Sequence record: SRR31156797_3584
DNA length: 44,188 nt
Strand: one strand, 5' to 3'
This document shows positions 38,200 to 44,188 of the stretch, piece after piece; position 1 is the first letter of the stretch; the number at the start of each line of letters is the position of its first letter. The notes beneath the pieces are model-generated. The model had not been told where the DNA came from. It saw only the letters and a program-made list of their open reading frames with translations, and made no database searches. The translations under genes were made by a program, and so were the position numbers.

Positions 38200-40866
38200 T
38201 TATTCGTTCTCAGCTCTTCTTTTTAAATAATTTTCTTCGAAGAATTTGATATACTGCGAAATGGCTTTTGTCTCGAATAGTATTTTGTAATTCTTATCTG
38301 AAATTACAAAATGAATATAGTTTTGTTTGGGAATGCCCTCGTATACTTCTTTAATGTATTCTATAGATTCGTAATAATTCATGGCATTGTACCATGCAGT
38401 AAATGGCTCTACGCTAATCATTTGATAATTAGCCGAAAACACAAAGTCTTTCACGTTAAAGGTTAGAATACTATAATAATCAATATTGAAGTTTGAAAGA
38501 TTAAATTTAACCTCATTGGCGCTGGCTTTGCGCGTATCAATTACCGCAATGTAGTAGTGAGGTACTTTTTCCTGCCAATAGTAATCAACCTGAATTTCTT
38601 CTTCTGCTTTTTCTGCAATATTCTCTTCTTTTTTCTCTTCTACACCTTTTGGAAGTTCTTTTTCAGACGACATATATCGTAAAAGATCTTTAGCATAATT
38701 AGTTTCTTCTGTTTGAGGGTATGCTTCGAGATATTCTTTTAAGTATGCTACAAATGTGGCTGAATCTGCCAGGCGCCCCCTTGAAATTGTATTTAACAGA
38801 GCGAATTTACTGTGTAATTCATGCTCAGCATATGCAGTATCTGCTCGTTGGAAATTGTTAATTACCTGCTGATATCTGCCCGATTTAAATAACCTGTAAG
38901 TAGTGGCATAAAAGAACTTAGCTTGCTGCTCCTGATTTTGTAGTCTTTTGATATATTCAGGATTTGTCATTAACTGCGCATACAATGAATTAGGGAACAA
39001 GCTAATTACAAGATCACGATATTTTTTGGAGTTGATTTGGTCACTCAGTTCTTCGTATACTTTATGAAGGTTATAGTAAACTTGAAGTTTTTTCGCAAAA
39101 TCAGGGAACCTTTGCATCAGTTCTTCATAAGTTTTTACGGATGCTTTAAGATTTTCCATTTTTATGCGATACACATTTCCAAGCTCATAATAAGCATATT
39201 GAATCAATGAATCAGAAACGTATAATGCGGAATCTGTTATAGGAAGATCTTGCAAATAAAATTCACGTTTTTTATTGTCTGTTACACGTGTAGAATCAAC
39301 AGGTTCTCCATTTTCAGCTATTTCGTCAATAGAAACTTCTGCTTTGTCACTTCTGCGCCAGTGGTCTTCTAATTTTCGATTGCCCCATTTTTGTTTAAAA
39401 GCAGTTTCTCCCATTGTTACAGTAGTGGGGTTGTAGAAATACCAATCACCACCGCGGTTCGTTCCAACTGGAATATTAGTGCGTTGATCTCTCATTGCTA
39501 ATCGCTTCATTTGTTCTTCTTCCTGTATGCGTTTTTCTTCTTCGATGAGGTCTGCAATAATTTTATCAATTAAGCTAATCCTTTGTTGTTCGGACATAGC
39601 TGCTACGCGTTGCAAACTATCCTGATGATCAATGGTTTTAATGTGTTTAACCAGTTCGTTGAGGTTGGATGATTTGCGGTAAATTTCTTCGTAATCTCTC
39701 CGTTTTTTGTCTATAATAGATACAGCGCTGTCGTAATATATTTGCGCTTTTTCATATTCTGGTTGATCGAAATAGATTCTTGCAACAGCCAAATATGATT
39801 CTGTTTTTTGATAGGTGTTTTGAACAGATACTGCTGCTGATTTACTGTAAAGCTCAATAGCTTCAGGGATATTTCCTTTGTTTTCTTCTATTGAAGCTAA
39901 TGCAAAATAAATTTGATCACGGAATTCTTTGTTTTTATCATCCTTTAGCATCTTCATTAACTCACGTTGCAATTCTTCCGGGGACCCCTGTGTTGAGCGA
40001 TAAAGCATAGCCATGTTAATTCGGGCATTGAAAACCATTTCGTAAATGGGGTTCTTTTTCATTACGATTGCATAGTTTTCATTTGCTTCATCATTCATTT
40101 CAAGTTCCTGGTAAATTTGAGCGAGAATAAAATGATACCGATATTTTCTTGCTTTATTTTTTGTGAGCGGGATGGCTTTTACTAAATAATCGGCTGCTTC
40201 TTTAAATTGATATTGTTTTTTATGATAATCTGCAAAGGTTAGGTAAAAATCTTTCTTAAGTCTTTCAGGAAAAGTATTGTCTCCTTCCATTAGGTCAAGA
40301 AACTCTTTTGCTTTATTAAATTTACCCATTTCCAAATATGTACGGGCAATCCAGAGTTGACCATCATATTTGGTTTCCATCATAGAGTATTCACGAATGA
40401 TGTACTGAAATGTTTCCAGGGCAGGGAAGTATTCTGCGGTATAAAGTTCAGCTATTCCCTTGTAAAGAAATGCATCATCCACATACTTACAATATTCAGG
40501 AAGTTTATTGAATTCAGGTTTGCTCTTTTTACGTTTTTTGGGTTTAACGGTAATTGAATGTCGCTTAATTACTTTACTGGCTTTTTCTTTTACTCTGTTC
40601 ATGTCTCCCGAGGCAACCGTTTTGGCGCTTTCATTGGAGTAATAAAAAATATTAAGCATTTGGGCATAATTGTCTCCAGGCTGATCAATTAATCTTTTTT
40701 GTCCAACTTTAAAAGCATCTTTGGCATTGTACAACGCATTAAAATATGCAGTAAGATTATGATAACCGCGCGTTATAGGGGTGTTTTTCTTTGTGGAACA
40801 AGAAAATAGCAGCCCTGCAATCAGAGCTGCCATAATTGATATATGGAGTATTTTACGCTTCAACAT
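38200..40866 (-). CDS. porW: T9SS periplasmic TPR lipoprotein PorW/SprE
   Basis: Lipobox FSC-STKKNT, YHNLTAYFN.LYN, TPR repeats, WYFYNP..F.QKWGNRKLED.WR; start probably 40866 or a later Met. Confidence 0.85.
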   Translation of the reverse strand: MLKRKILHISIMAALIAGLLFSCSTKKNTPITRGYHNLTAYFNALYNAKDAFKVGQKRLIDQPGDNYAQMLNIFYYSNESAKTVASGDMNRVKEKASKVIKRHSITVKPKKRKKSKPEFNKLPEYCKYVDDAFLYKGIAELYTAEYFPALETFQYIIREYSMMETKYDGQLWIARTYLEMGKFNKAKEFLDLMEGDNTFPERLKKDFYLTFADYHKKQYQFKEAADYLVKAIPLTKNKARKYRYHFILAQIYQELEMNDEANENYAIVMKKNPIYEMVFNARINMAMLYRSTQGSPEELQRELMKMLKDDKNKEFRDQIYFALASIEENKGNIPEAIELYSKSAAVSVQNTYQKTESYLAVARIYFDQPEYEKAQIYYDSAVSIIDKKRRDYEEIYRKSSNLNELVKHIKTIDHQDSLQRVAAMSEQQRISLIDKIIADLIEEEKRIQEEEQMKRLAMRDQRTNIPVGTNRGGDWYFYNPTTVTMGETAFKQKWGNRKLEDHWRRSDKAEVSIDEIAENGEPVDSTRVTDNKKREFYLQDLPITDSALYVSDSLIQYAYYELGNVYRIKMENLKASVKTYEELMQRFPDFAKKLQVYYNLHKVYEELSDQINSKKYRDLVISLFPNSLYAQLMTNPEYIKRLQNQEQQAKFFYATTYRLFKSGRYQQVINNFQRADTAYAEHELHSKFALLNTISRGRLADSATFVAYLKEYLEAYPQTEETNYAKDLLRYMSSEKELPKGVEEKKEENIAEKAEEEIQVDYYWQEKVPHYYIAVIDTRKASANEVKFNLSNFNIDYYSILTFNVKDFVFSANYQMISVEPFTAWYNAMNYYESIEYIKEVYEGIPKQNYIHFVISDKNYKILFETKAISQYIKFFEENYLKRRAENE

Positions 40867-40903
40867 TCTGGTTTTGTTGTTTCTGAACGAAAAAATATAT
40901 GCT

Positions 40904-42007
40904 TTATTTTGTTGTAATTTCAACTACTTGAGTTGGTGGCAATTCTTCATTTCTGATTTTCACAGCCTCCATTACATTATCAGCCAATTTAGCAAATTCT
41001 TTTCCTAGAATATTATCTGTATCAGCTGCAACAGGAATTCCTTTTTCTCCACCTTCCATAATATTCTGTACAATAGGGATTTGACCTAGCAAATTAAGTC
41101 CGTTTTCATTGGCATAATTTTTAACGCCATCTTTGCCAAAAATATAGTACTTGTTATCTGGCAATTCTTCCGGGGTAAACCACGCCATGTTTTCGATAAT
41201 GCCAAGCACAGGTACACTTATAGATTTTTGATTAAACATACTCATGGCTTTACGTACATCAGCCAGAGCAACCTCTTGAGGTGTGGAAACCATAATTCCA
41301 CCATTCAAAGGAACTGTTTGCACCATGGTTAAATGAATATCTCCGGTGCCAGGGGGTAAATCAACTACCATGTAATCTATTTCACCCCATTCTCCTTGTA
41401 GCAACATTTGCTTTATGGCGCTTGTTGCCATTGAACCTCGCCAGATTAACGCATCATCAGGATTTACAAAGAATCCAATGGATAATGTTTTGATCCCGTA
41501 TTTTTCAATAGGAACAATTATTTCTTTATTGTCTACTTTTTTAACAGCCGGACGCTCGTTTTCAATATTAAGCATTTTGGGTACAGAAGGGCCATAAATA
41601 TCCGCATCAAGTAATGCAACTTTGGCACCAGTGTTTGCCAGTGCAACAGCGAGGTTTACAGATACTGTAGATTTTCCTACACCACCTTTACCTGAGGCAA
41701 CAGCAATAATGTTTTTTACTTTACCAATAGATGAATGATCTTCTGATTTTTTCAATGCTTTAACTTTGATGTTTCCTCTGATTTTAATATTGTCAGCACC
41801 AAATTCTGCCTCTAGTAATTCAACACATCCCTTTCTTGTTGGCTCTATGGTTGGGTCATTGTCAACAGGAAATACTAGTGTAAAGCTAACTTTGGTTTCT
41901 TCTATAACTAATTCCTGAACCATACCTAAACTGATAATGTCTTTTTGTTGCTCAGGATGTATTACTCTGCGTAAAACAGTAAAAATTTGTTTTGTTGTAT
42001 ATGTCAT
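40904..42007 (-). CDS. mrp: Mrp/NBP35 (ApbC) Fe-S cluster carrier ATPase
   Basis: N-terminal DUF59-like domain, SGKGGVGKST, DADIYGPS, WRG, DLPPGTGD, TPQ, ENM. Confidence 0.93.
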   Translation of the reverse strand: MTYTTKQIFTVLRRVIHPEQQKDIISLGMVQELVIEETKVSFTLVFPVDNDPTIEPTRKGCVELLEAEFGADNIKIRGNIKVKALKKSEDHSSIGKVKNIIAVASGKGGVGKSTVSVNLAVALANTGAKVALLDADIYGPSVPKMLNIENERPAVKKVDNKEIIVPIEKYGIKTLSIGFFVNPDDALIWRGSMATSAIKQMLLQGEWGEIDYMVVDLPPGTGDIHLTMVQTVPLNGGIMVSTPQEVALADVRKAMSMFNQKSISVPVLGIIENMAWFTPEELPDNKYYIFGKDGVKNYANENGLNLLGQIPIVQNIMEGGEKGIPVAADTDNILGKEFAKLADNVMEAVKIRNEELPPTQVVEITTK

Positions 42008-42018
42008 TTTTGTTTGAT

Positions 42019-42342
42019 TTAAATGTTCTGGGACGGATCCCATAAATACTTTTCCAGGTTTATTATTTGTTTTTCTTTGATGGCAATGCCTTCGTTTTCA
42101 AGTAGCTCTGCCATGGCATCTCCGGGAAAATATTTGCTTCCGGTTAATAATCCTTTACGATTAACTACTCTGTGAGCGGGAATATCTCCAAGATGGCTTT
42201 TTTGAGCGTTTAATGCCCAACCTACCATGCGTGCTGCTCCTGCACTGCCTATTGCTTTGGCAATCATACCATAGGTGGTGACTTTTCCCTTGGGCACTTG
42301 CCGTGTAATTTCATATACCGCTTCATAAAAATGCTTCGTCAT
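42019..42342 (-). CDS. MGMT family / alkyltransferase-like protein
   Basis: VPKGKVTTYG.IA, ARMVGWAL, PAHRVV (Ala in place of the catalytic Cys of PCHR). Confidence 0.9.
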   Translation of the reverse strand: MTKHFYEAVYEITRQVPKGKVTTYGMIAKAIGSAGAARMVGWALNAQKSHLGDIPAHRVVNRKGLLTGSKYFPGDAMAELLENEGIAIKEKQIINLEKYLWDPSQNI

Positions 42343-43039
42343 CCGTTTCCGGTTCTTTTAATTCGGTTTGTTTATCTAATTTAAATTTCAGATAAGTTAT
42401 TGTTGGGTTTCCCTCCAAAAACAATGCCTCATAATGTGTTTTTATCTGAAGTTCATCTTTATATAATTCGCTATGATATAAATTATCTGATTCTGCTAAT
42501 ATTTCAAGATCATTTTCTTTAATTACCTCTTTAGTATAATTATGCAAAAATAAGCTGTCCGTTTTAAGGTGAATTATTCCATTGGCTTTTAAAATGTTTT
42601 GATACATTTTGAGAAATGAGGTGTGTGTCAATCTCTTTTTTCTGCGTCTCTTTTTGCGTTGAGGATCGGGAAATGTAATCCAAATTTCAGCAACTTCGTT
42701 TTCACAGAAAAAATGATCCAGAAATTCAATGCGAGTTCTCAAAAAACGAATGTTTTGCAGTTTTTCCTGGTCTGTTATTTTTGCTCCTTTCCATAGCCTT
42801 GCCCCTTTAATATCAATGCCAATGAAATTTTTGTCTGGATATTCCCGACCTAAACTAACCGCATATTCACCCTTACCACAACCTAGCTCAAGTACAATAT
42901 CATTGTTGTTTCCAAATATCTTATTGTGCCATTGTCCTTTTAACTCATGATCATTTTGCAAATAAGTGTCCAAAGCTGGTTCAATGACATGCTCAAATGA
43001 CCTGTTTTCAGCAAATTTTGCCAATTTATTCTTCCCCAC
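42323..43039 (-). CDS. trmB: tRNA (guanine-N7)-methyltransferase
   Basis: LELGCGKGEY, GIDIKGAR, TFPDP, HLKTD, T.YE; GTG start. Confidence 0.96.
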   Translation of the reverse strand: MGKNKLAKFAENRSFEHVIEPALDTYLQNDHELKGQWHNKIFGNNNDIVLELGCGKGEYAVSLGREYPDKNFIGIDIKGARLWKGAKITDQEKLQNIRFLRTRIEFLDHFFCENEVAEIWITFPDPQRKKRRRKKRLTHTSFLKMYQNILKANGIIHLKTDSLFLHNYTKEVIKENDLEILAESDNLYHSELYKDELQIKTHYEALFLEGNPTITYLKFKLDKQTELKEPETDDEAFL

Positions 43040-43040
43040 T

Positions 43041-43505
43041 TTAGTACGCTTTTTCGATTCTTATCCCAATATCTGACACCCCAATTAAATCTATTTGTCG
43101 CATTCCATGCTGAACGTTTACATTGTATGCTCCCTTTCGAGGAAAGCGAAATTTGACTTTATATGGTATTTTACTGGTCCAAATGCTTCCAAATCCTGAG
43201 CCTAACCACTCTCCTTTTTCATTGGCCAAAATGCAATTTAAGGTGTCTCGTAATTTTAGTTCTCCTGGGAGATCAGTCTCTACAAATACGATTAAGTTTG
43301 AAAACTCATATTCGCCTGTATTTCTGATGTTTACAAACATGCTGTAAATGGCAAGAGAGTCTTCAATATTGAAGTTGAAATTCTTCAAAGAATCCATATG
43401 CCATTGTTCACCGGGCATGGCCCTATATTCATCATAGAATCTATTTTTATCGCAACTTGTAATAAGTACAATAGAAATGATTATGAGACTAATTACGGTT
43501 TTCAT
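43041..43505 (-). CDS. gldH: Gliding motility lipoprotein GldH
   Basis: Lipobox ITSCD, NIRNT..Y.FSNL, DTL...LA...G.WLGSG, QHGMR, GVSDIGIRIE; start 43505. Confidence 0.9.
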   Translation of the reverse strand: MKTVISLIIISIVLITSCDKNRFYDEYRAMPGEQWHMDSLKNFNFNIEDSLAIYSMFVNIRNTGEYEFSNLIVFVETDLPGELKLRDTLNCILANEKGEWLGSGFGSIWTSKIPYKVKFRFPRKGAYNVNVQHGMRQIDLIGVSDIGIRIEKAY

Positions 43506-44188
43506 TTTTGCGCGGATTACGACGTTTTTTATGGCGTTTCTTGTTAACTTTTTTCTTAGCATCAAATCTTGTTAGACTTTCTGTTCCTACAGAATTAGTA
43601 TAATCAAGGTCTTTATGCTGGCTTGTTTTGATTGTTTGTTCAGCAACAATTTCATTCCAAATATCAACTTCTTTTCCTTTTTTGTTGAGATGTTGTATTT
43701 CTTTAACCCTTTCAGGACTTAAAGCAATGAGATTTGAACCATTATCGTTAATTGCCAAATAGTACATTTCTCTTTTGAAAACGTCTGTTTTTTGATGAAT
43801 GGCTTTACCCAATTTACTTTTCAGCTCAATTTCACTTGATGGAAAATCTTTTTGTGCATCCAGATAACTATCTAGTTCATAATTCAGACAGCACTTAAGT
43901 TTTCCGCATTGACCGGCTAACTTTTGAGGGTTTAAGCTAAGTTGTTGAACCCTTGCGGCATTTGTGGTTACTGAAACAAAATCACTGATCCATGTGGAGC
44001 AACATAATTCACGTCCACAAGAACCAATACCGCCAATAAGGCCAGCTTCTTGTCGGGCGCCAATCTGTTTCATTTCAACCCTAATCCTAAATCGTTCTGC
44101 CAAAACCTTTATTAATTGTCGAAAATCTACCCGGTCTTCAGCGATGTAATAGAAAATGGCTTTTGTGCGATCTCCCTGGTATTCAACA
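43489..44188 (-). CDS. ricT: PSP1/RicT (YaaT-like) protein, 5'-truncated by the window edge
   Basis: Frame is open to the window end (VEYQGDRTKAIFYY..RVDFRQL), GGIGSCGRELCC, LAGQCGKLKCCLNYE. Confidence 0.92.
   Translation of the reverse strand, partial: VEYQGDRTKAIFYYIAEDRVDFRQLIKVLAERFRIRVEMKQIGARQEAGLIGGIGSCGRELCCSTWISDFVSVTTNAARVQQLSLNPQKLAGQCGKLKCCLNYELDSYLDAQKDFPSSEIELKSKLGKAIHQKTDVFKREMYYLAINDNGSNLIALSPERVKEIQHLNKKGKEVDIWNEIVAEQTIKTSQHKDLDYTNSVGTESLTRFDAKKKVNKKRHKKRRNPRKNENRN

Noticed and set aside
3504-44149. Numerous 60-150 aa ORFs antisense to or nested in long genes (e.g. 18613..19056, 20320..20688, 5589..5918)
   Set aside because: Shadow ORFs of well-supported genes with no independent motifs

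Overview
AT-rich chromosomal window from a Bacteroidota (probably Bacteroidales/Marinilabiliales-like) bacterium, judged from TAnnTTTG promoters, T9SS genes (porX, porW/sprE, gldH) and T9SS-sorted proteins. Mostly housekeeping genes: tRNA-Ala, tRNA-Gln, ispB-like, uvrC, msrA, pepP, yceD-rpmF-plsX-fabH, polA, queD, tsaE, Mrp, trmB and ricT. The most interesting region is a tightly coupled cluster at 6.2-13.1 kb: a LytS/LytTR two-component pair, a VTC-type polyphosphate-polymerase-domain protein, a DUF4956 membrane protein, a predicted beta-barrel, a T9SS-secreted CotH kinase and a DUF2490-like barrel. This could be an uncharacterised envelope-spanning phosphoryl-export/extracellular phosphorylation system (inference). 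Features absent from the ORF track include a frameshifted DUF4160 toxin-like gene next to an intact DUF2442 gene, a pair of ~130-150 bp inverted REP-like elements behind tRNA-Gln, an AraC remnant, inverted octamer arrays and 21-bp-phased putative LytTR boxes. All family assignments come from motif recognition by eye; no database searches were run.
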